A DNA stretch of 64,000 bases from NCBI GenBank assembly GCA_964616405.1, contig CAZTRE010000003.1, forward strand, positions 201-64,200, given 5' to 3'. This DNA comes from an uncultured Mycoplasma sp. Lineage in GTDB: Bacteria > Bacillota_I > Bacilli_A > RF39 > UBA660. Positions 53,437 through 63,700 of the stretch are shown piece after piece. The number at the start of each line of letters is the position of its first letter. The first letter of the stretch is position 1. The position numbers were made by a program, and so were the translations under genes. The notes below the pieces were generated by a model, which saw only the letters and a list, made by a program, of their open reading frames with translations, was not told the origin of the DNA and searched no databases.

Positions 53437-54198
53437 ATGCGATTTTTAATCAAATTTTCTTACGATGGCTCAGCTTATAATGGTTATCAATATCAACCGG
53501 GTTTAGATACCATCCAAAAACGTTTAGAAACGGCTTTAAGAATAATTAACAACAACAAAAAAACTTCAATTACATCAACTGGTCGTACAGATAAAGGTGT
53601 TCATGCTTTATGTCAATATGCCCACGCTGATTTAGATGTAGACATAACTGAATATAAACTAAAAAGGGCGATGAATAGTAATCTTCCTGATGATATTCAT
53701 ATCATTGAAACCCATATTGTACCGGATGACTTTCATGCAAGGTATAATGTTGCCTCTAAAGAATACAAATATTATATAAACTTAGGTGAATATAACCCAA
53801 TAGAAAGAAATTATGTTTTTCAATATAATTACACTTTAAATACAAAAGCTATGCAGAAAGCTATTAAAGTTTTTGAGGATACTCATGACTTCAGAGCTTT
53901 TGTAACAGAAAATAAAGAAAAAGAAAACTGTGTTCGAACCATAACTGAAGCTACAGTAGAACAACAAAATGATAAACTAATTATAACCTTCAAAGGAGAT
54001 GGATTTCTTCGCTATCAAGTCAGAAATATGGTCGGTATATTAATTAAGGTAGGAGAAAATAAAATATTCACAGAAGATGTGGAAAAAATTCTCGAAAGTA
54101 GGGATCGAACTACCTCAGGAAAAACCGCTCCAGCAGAAGGACTTTATCTTACAAATGTAACTTATAAAGATATGGAGATATTGATAAATAAGAAATAA
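53437..54198 (+). CDS. truA: tRNA pseudouridine(38-40) synthase
   Basis: MRFLIKFSYDGSAYNGYQYQP...TGRTDKGVHA is the TruA catalytic Asp motif. Confidence 0.85.
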   Translation: MRFLIKFSYDGSAYNGYQYQPGLDTIQKRLETALRIINNNKKTSITSTGRTDKGVHALCQYAHADLDVDITEYKLKRAMNSNLPDDIHIIETHIVPDDFHARYNVASKEYKYYINLGEYNPIERNYVFQYNYTLNTKAMQKAIKVFEDTHDFRAFVTENKEKENCVRTITEATVEQQNDKLIITFKGDGFLRYQVRNMVGILIKVGENKIFTEDVEKILESRDRTTSGKTAPAEGLYLTNVTYKDMEILINKK

Positions 54199-54237
54199 TA
54201 ATATATAATAACTAAAAAACGCATATAGGAGGGTAAA

Positions 54238-54591
54238 ATGACATTATTAGACACACTTATAGAAAACAGTCTAGAATTTGCATCTATATCAGCTAGTGCA
54301 TATACGACAATTCAAACTGTTGACGATGATGATCTTGCATCAACAACAGTAGGTTTAGCTACAACTACTATTCTTAACAGTATTGAGGTTCCAGAAGCTA
54401 AAACAGTTCAAACAACTAACGAAATGAGTGCATATATTGAAACTATGTCCATTGAAGAAATAGATCAAGGACTAAAATACTTAGATGAAAAAGGGCTTGA
54501 ATTTTTAACTATAGAAACTTCATCCGATGAAAGCATAAATACTGAATGTAATGATACGAAAGTACTAATCAAAACTCCAAAGCAACCATAA
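54238..54591 (+). CDS. hypothetical acidic Thr/Ser-rich protein
   Basis: 117 aa with RBS aggaggg. No recognisable domain. Confidence 0.45.
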   Translation: MTLLDTLIENSLEFASISASAYTTIQTVDDDDLASTTVGLATTTILNSIEVPEAKTVQTTNEMSAYIETMSIEEIDQGLKYLDEKGLEFLTIETSSDESINTECNDTKVLIKTPKQP

Positions 54592-54659
54592 ATGTTGCTT
54601 TTTTAGCTAATTTATGTTATAATAAGTGCCATTCAAAGAGAATGGAGGGGGAAAAATTT

Positions 54660-55559
54660 ATGGAATCAAGAGAAGAGCTAAAGAAGAAAATAGCTCGATG
54701 TGATAAACTAGGTGCGAAAAAGTTTCAACCATATGTTTTAAAGCTTGAAGAGTTTAAGTTCAAAGTTCTAAAAGATATTTTTCCATCTCTACCAAAACGA
54801 TACGAAAAGTTTTGCCGTAAGAAACGTGACAAGGCTTTAAAAAAAGCTAAGACTCAAGCAGAAAAAGATAAAATATTAGCTATTTATCGTCGGTTAATTA
54901 TCGATTGGCGAAAAGAGTTAAAAAGAGAACAGAATAGAAATTATCATATGGATGAAAACAAACCAACAGAGTTTATTAATTATCTAAATTGGAATAAAAA
55001 AGTTCATCAAAAGGGACTAATAAAAGATGGATTGCTTTTTTCAGCTACAGTTTTAGGTTTAGCCTTAGGTTTAACGCCAATAGTTTTGGTACCAGCCTTA
55101 GTTTATGAATTAATTTCAGCTTTTATAAATTTTCAATGTATTAATATTCAAAATAGTCATATATATAGATATAAATTAATAGAAGAAAACCTTAAAAAAA
55201 GAGAAATCCGTAAAGGTAAAAAATTAGTAGAAAATTATGGAGAAGCAGCTAACGTTTATTCCAGAAGTATTGCTAATAATAAGGAATTACCAAGCATTCA
55301 AGATATGATAAATAATGTTACAACACCAGAAGAAGCTAGACAATTAAGACAGATGCTTTTAGAAAAAATAGAAAAAAATAATAAAGAACATCCAGAACAA
55401 GCAGTAAATTGTCCGGTGACAACATCGCCTCAAGTACCAGAAACACAAACAATAAGCGACCAAAATGAACTAAAAGCAAATTTAGAAATAGAAAAAATGG
55501 TCAACGAAGGCTCTACCACAGTTGAACCGGTCATTCAAAAACATAAAGGAGGAAAATAA
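54660..55559 (+). CDS. hypothetical membrane-anchored protein (basic coiled-coil N-terminus, central TM segments)
   Basis: Start refined to the ATG at 54660 after RBS GGAGGGGG. Hydrophobic stretch LLFSATVLGLALGLTPIVLVPALVYELISAF. Confidence 0.45.
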   Translation: MESREELKKKIARCDKLGAKKFQPYVLKLEEFKFKVLKDIFPSLPKRYEKFCRKKRDKALKKAKTQAEKDKILAIYRRLIIDWRKELKREQNRNYHMDENKPTEFINYLNWNKKVHQKGLIKDGLLFSATVLGLALGLTPIVLVPALVYELISAFINFQCINIQNSHIYRYKLIEENLKKREIRKGKKLVENYGEAANVYSRSIANNKELPSIQDMINNVTTPEEARQLRQMLLEKIEKNNKEHPEQAVNCPVTTSPQVPETQTISDQNELKANLEIEKMVNEGSTTVEPVIQKHKGGK

Positions 55560-55561
55560 TT

Positions 55562-55939
55562 ATGGGATTTTTACATTCAACAACAACATTAGTTGAAACA
55601 GCAATGCTAACAACACCAACAAGTACCACATTCTCTGGAATAGGTGTTAACGAAGATGGAACTGCTTATGTGAATAATAAAGCCAGAGTAGGAACAGGAA
55701 TAGTTGCATCGTCTGCTATAACAACACTTCCAACAATTCAAGATTGGGATCACCAAAGGGTAATTAATAATGTTCAAAGTGAAATGGCAATTATTGAAGT
55801 TGCCTCAGAAGAAGACTTAAGATTGGGAGTGGCAGAATTAGACAAAATGCTAGATGCTGCTTCATTATTAGATGAGAGAGGTACAGATACCATAAGTGAA
55901 TCCGGCTATGCTAAAAAGCCTTATACAAAACAATTATAA
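55562..55939 (+). CDS. hypothetical Thr-rich protein
   Basis: 125 aa, translationally coupled to the upstream gene (stop, 2 nt, ATG). Confidence 0.45.
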   Translation: MGFLHSTTTLVETAMLTTPTSTTFSGIGVNEDGTAYVNNKARVGTGIVASSAITTLPTIQDWDHQRVINNVQSEMAIIEVASEEDLRLGVAELDKMLDAASLLDERGTDTISESGYAKKPYTKQL

Positions 55940-55983
55940 GCAATAATACTAAAAAAGGTATTGCATTTTAGAACATTTTTTAG

Positions 55984-56065
55984 TATAATCATAATCGGTA
56001 CATTCAAATATCCCCACATAAATTAGACCGTGGGAAAGTCTGATTTAAGTAAAAGGAGAAAAAAT
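55984..56065 (+). promoter_or_regulatory. promoter (-10 TATAAT 55984-55989) plus structured rplM leader (L13-leader-like hairpin cccac...gtggg 56013-56033)
   Basis: -10 hexamer and a stem-loop in the 5' UTR of rplM. An r-protein L13 leader motif is known in Bacillota. Confidence 0.35.
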
Positions 56066-56497
56066 ATGACAAGTTATATGCAAAAAAAAGAAACTGTAGA
56101 ACGTAAATGGTATGTAATAGATGCTGAAGGAAAATCTTTAGGTCGTGTTGCTAGTTTAGCAGCTACATACTTACGCGGAAAACACAAACCAACTTATACT
56201 CCACACATTGATTGTGGAGACAATATCGTTATTATTAATGCGGAGAAAGTTAATCTAACTGGAAACAAATTAGAAAACAAAATGTACTATAATCACTCAA
56301 TGTATCAAGGTGGATTAAGAGAAAGAACTGCTAAAGTAATGAGAGAAGAATATCCTGTTGAAATGATGGAGAGAGCTGTTAAAGGTATGCTTCCACATAA
56401 TAGACTAGGAAGACAAATGGCTAAAAAGTTATTTGTATATGCTGGAAATGAACACAAACAACAAGCACAAAAACCAGAAGTGCTTGAAGTAAAGTAG
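56066..56497 (+). CDS. rplM: 50S ribosomal protein L13
   Basis: Start refined to the ATG at 56066 after RBS aaaggaga; product [20 protein letters not shown]... Confidence 0.9.
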   Translation: MTSYMQKKETVERKWYVIDAEGKSLGRVASLAATYLRGKHKPTYTPHIDCGDNIVIINAEKVNLTGNKLENKMYYNHSMYQGGLRERTAKVMREEYPVEMMERAVKGMLPHNRLGRQMAKKLFVYAGNEHKQQAQKPEVLEVK

Positions 56498-56510
56498 GAG
56501 GGTTTAAGTT

Positions 56511-56936
56511 ATGGCAAAAGAAAAGAAAAATGTTTATACTGGAACTGGACATAGAAAAACTAGTGTAGCTCGTGTTACATTAACTCCAGGAAAAGGAAAG
56601 ATTACTGTTAATGGTCAAGATGTTCATGATTATTTACCTTTCGAAGTACTAGTAATGGATTTATGTCAACCACTTGATATTACAAATACCAGAGAAATGT
56701 TTGATGTAGATGCAAAAGTAAAAGGTGGAGGATTCTCAGGTCAAACTGGTGCTATCCGTCACGCTATTACAAGAGCATTATTAGATTATGATAAGACAAC
56801 TCCAGCTGATTCTGAAAATAGTTTCAGAAAAACATTAAAAGTTGCTGGATTCATTACAAGAGATTCTCGTAAGAAAGAACGTAAAAAACCAGGTCTTAAA
56901 AAAGCACGTCGTGCACCACAATTCTCAAAACGTTAA
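56511..56936 (+). CDS. rpsI: 30S ribosomal protein S9
   Basis: C-terminal [17 protein letters not shown] is the conserved S9 tail. Confidence 0.9.
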   Translation: MAKEKKNVYTGTGHRKTSVARVTLTPGKGKITVNGQDVHDYLPFEVLVMDLCQPLDITNTREMFDVDAKVKGGGFSGQTGAIRHAITRALLDYDKTTPADSENSFRKTLKVAGFITRDSRKKERKKPGLKKARRAPQFSKR

Positions 56937-57126
56937 TCTACAAAAGTTTCAATATTTCAAAAGCTCGTTTTTACGGGCTTTTTTGCTTATCAGAAATATA
57001 ATAATTAGCTAACTTTTAAGCCGTAGGCTACAAAGTATTGTAAAATCTCTTTATGTATTTTAAACTAGCAGAACCGGCTTAGTGTTTTGCGATATAATTT
57101 AAACAGATAGGATGGTATTAATTTGA

Positions 57127-57255
57127 AATGAAAAACACAATTAAAAGACTAAAAATATATATGCCTAAACTAGACGATTATTGGTATGAACGGAAGTTAC
57201 AAAGTGATTCAGATACAATGAGCTATAATGTTAGATGGAATGTAAAAAATTACTA
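57127..57255 (+). pseudogene. possible N-terminal fragment of a GNAT acetyltransferase (42-aa remnant)
   Basis: MKNTIKRLKIYMPKLDDYWYERKLQSDSDTMSYNVRWNVKNY, then stop. The pattern resembles the N-terminus of RimL-type GNATs. It sits in a 600-bp non-coding stretch. Confidence 0.2.
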
Positions 57256-57547
57256 AAATATTACTAAGATTGTATGAGATATATTTCATAAACTACAAAT
57301 CTCCATGCAACAATATAAATAAAAGAAAGTTAATTTAAATAGCGGTAATATACAAGTTACGATATTACAAGGTCTGTATTTATGGGCTTTTTGTTATTCT
57401 GAATTTAGTAAAAAAATTTTTTGAGACCGCAGAATGCAAAAAACTTTATAAACCATTCCATTTGCTTTTTAATAAGTTATACATAAAATGAACTTTGTAA
57501 ATTATTAAATGTGTGTTATAATACAAAACTATAAGTAGGGGATAAAT

Positions 57548-58156
57548 ATGGAAAAATATCAATATGGAGTAGATTATTCGGCATATGATATGGAATTAAT
57601 AGAAAAAATGTTTAACATAAGAATATGTGGAGTTCCATTAAGTTTTTATTTACTTGATTTAAGAAAGACGGACACTTACTGTCATTTGAATTCTGATGTG
57701 TTGGCATATTTTATGGAAGGGTCAAACAGGGTTGAAGGAGAGATACCAACTATTCCTGGTGATGATAAGGGCCATTCTTGGGTAGAAAAAGATGATATTG
57801 TTTTTGATACCACTCAAGGATTGATATGGGATAAAGAATCATATTATGAATGCTATGCTCCACATAATTGTATTGTTTTATCTAGAGAAGGTTCAAAAGA
57901 ACGAATAAAAGAATACTTGCAATATCAGGATAATTGTCCTGAAATGTATGTTGCTACAATTCGTGATATCGAAGAAGAAATCCCTAATATGATGTATGGT
58001 AAAATACTACGCTCTCATATTGATAGATTTATAGCTGAGAAAAAATTAGATAGTCTTGAATTAGATTCTGAATTGATTGGGAAATTTATAGTTGATTTAA
58101 AATCAGTATATCAACACACACAAGAATTTAAAGATGGTGGCACTAAGGAGAGTTAA
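57548..58156 (+). CDS. transglutaminase-like (papain-fold) putative cysteine peptidase/amidase
   Basis: 202 aa with a Cys motif (DTYCHLNSDVLAYF), a His motif (GHSWVE) and an Asp motif (IVFDTT) in the order and spacing of the transglutaminase-like C-H-D triad. Confidence 0.45.
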   Translation: MEKYQYGVDYSAYDMELIEKMFNIRICGVPLSFYLLDLRKTDTYCHLNSDVLAYFMEGSNRVEGEIPTIPGDDKGHSWVEKDDIVFDTTQGLIWDKESYYECYAPHNCIVLSREGSKERIKEYLQYQDNCPEMYVATIRDIEEEIPNMMYGKILRSHIDRFIAEKKLDSLELDSELIGKFIVDLKSVYQHTQEFKDGGTKES

Positions 58157-58348
58157 TCGTAAATGCTCAATAAATAATTAAAATAATCAAGAAATCATAA
58201 AGGCATTTGTAATTAATTTAAGTAATCTACTATTGGTTGTAAAAACTAATAGAATTAAATATTTTTAAATTTTTCCATTGCTAGCGCCATTCTTTTAACA
58301 GCCAAAAAGGCAAACGATATAGATCTACTTAATGAAAGACTAAGAAAG

Positions 58349-58807
58349 TTGATTGATAATTTAAATAATGGTAGTATTAACAAATATTATTACTCAATAG
58401 AAGATTGTGATGACTTAATTCAGACGTTAATACAATCAAAAGAATTTTACCAAAAATACTATATAGACTATTATAAAAAAGAAATAGAATCCGCATCTAT
58501 AAATGAGGTTCGCTTACCATTTCTACCCTTTGATATGTTTATCAGTGATTTAACAACATCTATAAATAATGATTCATATTTTGGAATAATAATAGATAAA
58601 CAAAAAGATATAGCGCTTTCTTCAACTAAAGTAATAAATAGTTTAGTAGGAAGTCGAATAAACAAAGATATTTCTATGAAGATTGCCGTTGAACCTAAAA
58701 AATGGGATTCATATATATCTGTTAATGGACAATTAATAGAATATGTGCATGATTATGATATAGTTGAATTAGATGATTCGCAATCTCAATATTCGAAAAA
58801 AATTTAA
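58349..58807 (+). CDS. hypothetical protein with uncertain start (TTG at 58349; no in-frame ATG upstream)
   Basis: The open frame actually extends back to 58253 with a protein-like sequence but no ATG. It may be a decayed or alternatively initiated gene. Confidence 0.3.
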   Translation: MIDNLNNGSINKYYYSIEDCDDLIQTLIQSKEFYQKYYIDYYKKEIESASINEVRLPFLPFDMFISDLTTSINNDSYFGIIIDKQKDIALSSTKVINSLVGSRINKDISMKIAVEPKKWDSYISVNGQLIEYVHDYDIVELDDSQSQYSKKI

Positions 58808-58856
58808 AAGTCTTTTAATGAGAACCATTATACAAATTAAAAGTTTGTATGATATT

Positions 58857-59537
58857 ATGAATATGGATGTGATAGAAGTGAAGAAGATGAATTCAATAAA
58901 TTTAAGTACAACTAGGTTGGATTTAAAAATTCCAACTATGAAAGAACAACACAGGTTATGGGAACTTCTTATTGATGAAGATGTTAATAAATATTATTTT
59001 CCAACCCCTAATAGGATTTTTGTAAGTAACAATCTTAATAAAGAAAACCTAGATGATTTAAAAAAAGCTAGAGAAATTTTTATAAAGCAATTATCCGATT
59101 GGGAAAGACAAGAACCATTTTATGAAAAAAAGATAGAAAGTATTAAACTACAAGAAGATAGTCAAAAATTTACTTGGAGTATTTTTCTAAAAGATACAGA
59201 TAATGTAATTGGCCAAATTACCTGTCAACCTAAGGATAGACAACCAGAAAATATTAGAGATGTAGGATGGTATATAGCTCCCTATTATCAAGGCAATGGT
59301 TACGCAACAGAAGCAGCATCAGCGGTTCTAGACTTTATGTTTAATGTTATAGAGATTACGGATATTAACACATCAGCTGCAAAAATAAATCCCGCATCAT
59401 GGAAAATTATGGAGAAACTTGGTTTTGAGTATATTAAAACATCAAAATCCACATACTTTGATGATAATAACATACTAGATGCAAAAGAATATCATTGTAA
59501 TAAAGAACTATTTTTAAATAGAAATATAAATAAGTAA
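58857..59537 (+). CDS. GNAT-family N-acetyltransferase (RimJ/RimL-like)
   Basis: NIRDVGWYIAPYYQGNGYATEAASAVLDFMF (GNAT motifs A and B). Start is uncertain: ATG 58857 or 58887. The track's 58773 start overlaps the upstream gene. Confidence 0.65.
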   Translation: MNMDVIEVKKMNSINLSTTRLDLKIPTMKEQHRLWELLIDEDVNKYYFPTPNRIFVSNNLNKENLDDLKKAREIFIKQLSDWERQEPFYEKKIESIKLQEDSQKFTWSIFLKDTDNVIGQITCQPKDRQPENIRDVGWYIAPYYQGNGYATEAASAVLDFMFNVIEITDINTSAAKINPASWKIMEKLGFEYIKTSKSTYFDDNNILDAKEYHCNKELFLNRNINK

Positions 59538-59540
59538 AAG

Positions 59541-59568
59541 AAAGCGTTTTCTAACGCTTTTTTATTTT
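59541..59568 (+). terminator. intrinsic terminator
   Basis: aaagcgtt-ttct-aacgcttt hairpin followed by T-run. Confidence 0.65.
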
Positions 59569-59597
59569 TAACATATATTACTAATAGGAGGTAATTT

Positions 59598-59963
59598 ATG
59601 CTTAATTTTGAATTCTTAAGAGAACTATTAGTAATTTCTATTATATTAAGTACAATAACTTGTGCTTTTATTCAAAAAACAAAAAAGCAATTTAAAAATA
59701 GTAAATGTTTACCAATCTATTCGTTTATAGTAAATATGACTATTGGAGTAATATTCTGTATTTCATTTACTGAGATTTCATTTCCTACAAGTCTGTGGGT
59801 CGGACTATTTTCATTTATTGGAGCTGATTCACTATATAAATCTTTAGAAGGAAAACTAGCTTCATACACGGATATCGTTAATCGAAATAAAGTTGCAATT
59901 CCTAAAGAGAACATTATAAATAGGGAGGAAACATCAAATGGAAAAACCACTATATCCAAGTAA
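59598..59963 (+). CDS. small 2-TM membrane protein, holin-like
   Basis: 121 aa. Strong RBS taggaggtaa. Two hydrophobic helices (LLVISIILSTITCAFI and IVNMTIGVIFCISFTEISFPTSLWVGLFSFIG) and a charged C-terminal tail. Its stop overlaps the start of the downstream M23 gene. Confidence 0.5.
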   Translation: MLNFEFLRELLVISIILSTITCAFIQKTKKQFKNSKCLPIYSFIVNMTIGVIFCISFTEISFPTSLWVGLFSFIGADSLYKSLEGKLASYTDIVNRNKVAIPKENIINREETSNGKTTISK

Positions 59964-60615
59964 ATACATGCGTATTACACAATCCTATGGAGTTGGTAGT
60001 CATTATGATAGTTATGCAATTGATGAGGCCGGCATTGATCAAGGAATATCAACTTTAGTTGCCCCATTTACAGGAATAATTAAAAAGATTTACACGACTG
60101 ATGCTAACGAAGTGTGGTTAGAAAGTACAGAACCAGTTGCCTATCCAGATGGAACCATTGATTATATGACAATAATGTTAGCTCATTCTAACGATGCCAG
60201 TAATTTATTTGTCGGCCAAAGAATCAATAGAGGAGAAGCATTTTATAGCGAAGGTACCAAGGGTCAAGCAACCGGCAACCACTGTCATATTGAATGTGGC
60301 AAGGGACGTTTCTATGGAACGGGTTGGTATAAAAATCAAAATGGCAACTATTCAATAAACAATAATAAAAAACCGGAAGAGTGTCTTTGGATAGATGATT
60401 CAATCACTATTCTTGATAATCAGGGAATTACTTTCAAAAAAATTACAGAAATACCACCCACTGAAGAACAACCAGATGAAGAAAAGCCACCGGAACCAAT
60501 CCAACCAGTAGAAGAACCACCAACACTAATTTATACATGTAAAACCAAAGGATTATACGGAATTTATCTTTCTCCAAATGACAAAGTATATCTAAAAAAA
60601 GAAACCAAAAACTAA
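59938..60615 (+). CDS. M23-family (LytM/lysostaphin-type) metalloendopeptidase without signal peptide, with Pro/Glu-rich C-terminal linker
   Basis: RBS agggaggaaa. HYDSYAID (HxxxD region) and the block AHSNDASNLFVGQRINRGEAFYSEGTKGQATGNHCHIE matching the M23 consensus through HxH. No N-terminal hydrophobic signal. PEPIQPVEEPP linker. Confidence 0.65.
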   Translation: MEKPLYPSKYMRITQSYGVGSHYDSYAIDEAGIDQGISTLVAPFTGIIKKIYTTDANEVWLESTEPVAYPDGTIDYMTIMLAHSNDASNLFVGQRINRGEAFYSEGTKGQATGNHCHIECGKGRFYGTGWYKNQNGNYSINNNKKPEECLWIDDSITILDNQGITFKKITEIPPTEEQPDEEKPPEPIQPVEEPPTLIYTCKTKGLYGIYLSPNDKVYLKKETKN

Positions 60616-60673
60616 AATTTTAAAAAAATAATTAAATTCATAGGACATTTCAAGGAAGATAGGAAAATAATTG

Positions 60674-60702
60674 TTGTAAAAACATTGAAAAAAAGTTATA
60701 AT
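60674..60702 (+). promoter_or_regulatory. sigma-A-type promoter: TTGTAA, 17 nt, TATAAT, upstream of essC
   Basis: TTGTAA at 60674-60679, exactly 17-nt spacer, TATAAT at 60697-60702. Confidence 0.45.
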
Positions 60703-60738
60703 TACATATAGAATAGGAATAATAACTGGGGTGATCTT

Positions 60739-63700
60739 AGTGATTGTAAGATTAATCAAAAAAAGCAAAATTTTTAATTTCACATTACCTACCAAAGTTT
60801 CTGGAAATTACTGGATCACAGATAATGATTATCTTGGAAATGTTAGGAATTTAATTAACGTTGAAGAAGACAATGGAAATTGGAAAATTAAGAGTGACTT
60901 TGAAACAAAGATTATGAATGGTGACCAAGAGATTGATTCGGCCATTCTTCAAGAATATAGTCTATACTTTTTAAAAATAAATACTGATAATGAGTATGTT
61001 ATTTTATATTGCTCACCAAGTACCGAAAAAAATACACTTAAGTTGCGCCTTAAATCCCAAGGTGAACTAATCATTGGTAGTGATCAAAATGCCCAAATTA
61101 GTTATTCTTACCCACTAGTATCAAAACAACAAGCAAAACTCATTTATAATAATGGGACGTGGGTAATCCAAGATTTAAATAGTAAATATGGTACTTACGT
61201 TAATAACGTTGCAGTAACATCTCAAACCTTAGAGTATGGTGATATTATCTTTATAATGGGTTTAAAAATAATAGTTATGGAACAATCTTTAATAATTAAT
61301 AGTATTGGTAATTATATTAATTTTGATCGTGGACTATTTGATACTGAAAGACCATTAGTTCAAAATCAAACAGAAGAAGACAATCCAGACGAAGAAGGAA
61401 TCGAGTTTTTTAAAGAAGAGGATTATTTTTATCGTGCTCCTCGTTTTAAAACCCGCATTGAAGAGGTTAATATAGGAATTGATCCTCCTCCTGGTAAAGA
61501 AGCTGAGGATAAGACACCACTAATTATGACTTTAGGCCCAATGATGACTATGGCAATGATGTCTTTATCAACAGGACTTAGTGCTTTTATGAATGTTTTA
61601 AATGGAACAGTAGATGTAAAAGATGTTTCTTCAACCCTTTTAACTTCAGGAGCCATGTTATGTACAATGATTATTTGGCCTCTATTATCACAAAAATATC
61701 AAAAAGCGCAACGTAAAAAAAGAGAGACTTTACGCTTAAAGAAGTATAACGAATATGTTGAATCAAAACGCGAGAATATCCAAGCGGAAATGAAGATTCA
61801 GCGTCAAATTTTAATTGATAATTATTTACCACTTTCCTCAACAAAAGAAATTATTCTTTCTAAGAAGAGAAACCTATGGGAAAGAGAAATAGAACAAGAA
61901 GACTTCTTGGATTTACGTCTTGGTATTGGTTCAACACCATTATTTGGTAATGTAAGTTTTCCAGAAGAACATTTTTCCTTAGAAACAGATGATTTATTAA
62001 AGGAAGTATATAAATTAGGCAAAGAATCAAGAATGCTTGAAAATGTACCAATCTCATTATCATTTGTTCAAAAGAATATTTCCGCAATAATTGGAACAAC
62101 AGCTAATAAACGTCAATTTGTGGATGGATTAATCCTTCAAATGCTTGCATACCACAGTTATGAAGATTTAAGAATAGTTGTTTTTACAAATGAAAAGAAT
62201 GCTCCATATTGGGAATACTTAAAAGTTGCTCCTCATGTTTGGAGTAATGATAAAAGTGTTAGATATTTTGCCACAAACCTAGATGAGGCTAAAGAAATCT
62301 CATTAGTTCTAGAAAAGGAACTTCAATCCCGAAAATTCAAAGATAACAATGGTAAAATGGAACTAAATAATTTAGATTATAGACACTATAAGCCATATTA
62401 TGTAATTTTTACTGATGATTATAAGGGTGTAAGAGATATTGAGATTATTAAAGATGTTGCCGCTACATCATTCAATGTTGGTTTCAGTATGATTGTCTTA
62501 AGTCCAAGATTAATAAATATTCCCAATGAATGTAAAACTTTCATCAGTATTGGTGATAAAAAATCTGGAGTATTTGAAAATGAATTAGTTTCAAACAAAC
62601 AAAAAGAATTTCTAGCTGATTTTGATCCAACTTTAAATATGTATGAATGCTGTAAAGTATTAGCTAACATTCCGATTGATATTGGTAAAGAAAATCAACA
62701 ATTGCCAACCTCTTTAACGTTCCTAGAAATGTATAATGTAGGTATGGTTGAACAATTAAATATCTTAAATAGATGGAAACAAAATGATCCAACTAAATCG
62801 CTTCAAGCACCAATTGGAGTAGATAAAACTAGGGAATTGTTTAAACTAGATTTACATGAAAAATTTCATGGACCCCATGGCCTTATCGCCGGTATGACTG
62901 GTTCTGGTAAATCAGAATTTATTATTAGTTATATTATTTCAATGGCTCTAAACTATCATCCATACGAAGTATCATTCGTCCTTATTGACTACAAAGGTGG
63001 AGGTTTGACCGGAGCTTTTGAGAATAAAGAGACTGGCATGAAATTACCACATCTTGCTGGAACAATTACCAACTTAGATACCAATGAAATGAATCGTTCC
63101 TTAGCGTCAATTCAATCAGAACTTCGTAAACGTCAGCGCATGTTTAATGAAGCTAGGGATAAACTAAACGAGAGTACTATCGATATATATAAATATCAAG
63201 GCCTTTACCGTAAAGGATTAGTTTCAAAACCAATTTCTCACTTGTTTATTATTAGTGATGAGTTTGCTGAGCTTAAATCTCAACGACCAGAGTTTATGGA
63301 TCAATTAATTTCAACTGCGCGTATTGGTCGTTCCTTAGGAGTTCACCTTATTCTTGCTACCCAAAAACCAGCCGGAGTTGTTAATGAACAAATCTGGTCA
63401 AATACAAAATTTCGTGTCTGCTTAAAAGTACAAGATAAAACAGACAGTAACGATATGATTAAACGTCCAGATGCTGCTGATTTAAAAGAAACAGGTCGTT
63501 TCTACTTACAAGTTGGTTATAATGAATTATTCGCTATGGGTCAAGCAGCTTGGGCTGGAGCTAAGTATTATCCAACTGAAAAACGTAAAAAGAAAGTAGA
63601 TCAATCAATTAGTATTATTGATAATGTCGGTAATGTAGTAAAATCTCTAGATACTAAAAATGATGAAGTTAAAGTAGAAGCTAAAGGAGAAGAAATTACA

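Noticed and set aside
56937-57547. Possible tRNA or other RNA gene in the 600-bp non-coding stretch after rpsI
   Set aside because: No cloverleaf-compatible arms or conserved tRNA boxes seen by eye. More consistent with decayed coding sequence (GNAT fragment). Cannot be excluded without a tRNA or CM scan.
58349-58807. Considered whether the 152-aa ORF could be a T7SS core component (EssA or EsaB)
   Set aside because: No TM segment (so not EssA) and too long for the ubiquitin-like EsaB/YukD. No WXG motif. Left as hypothetical.
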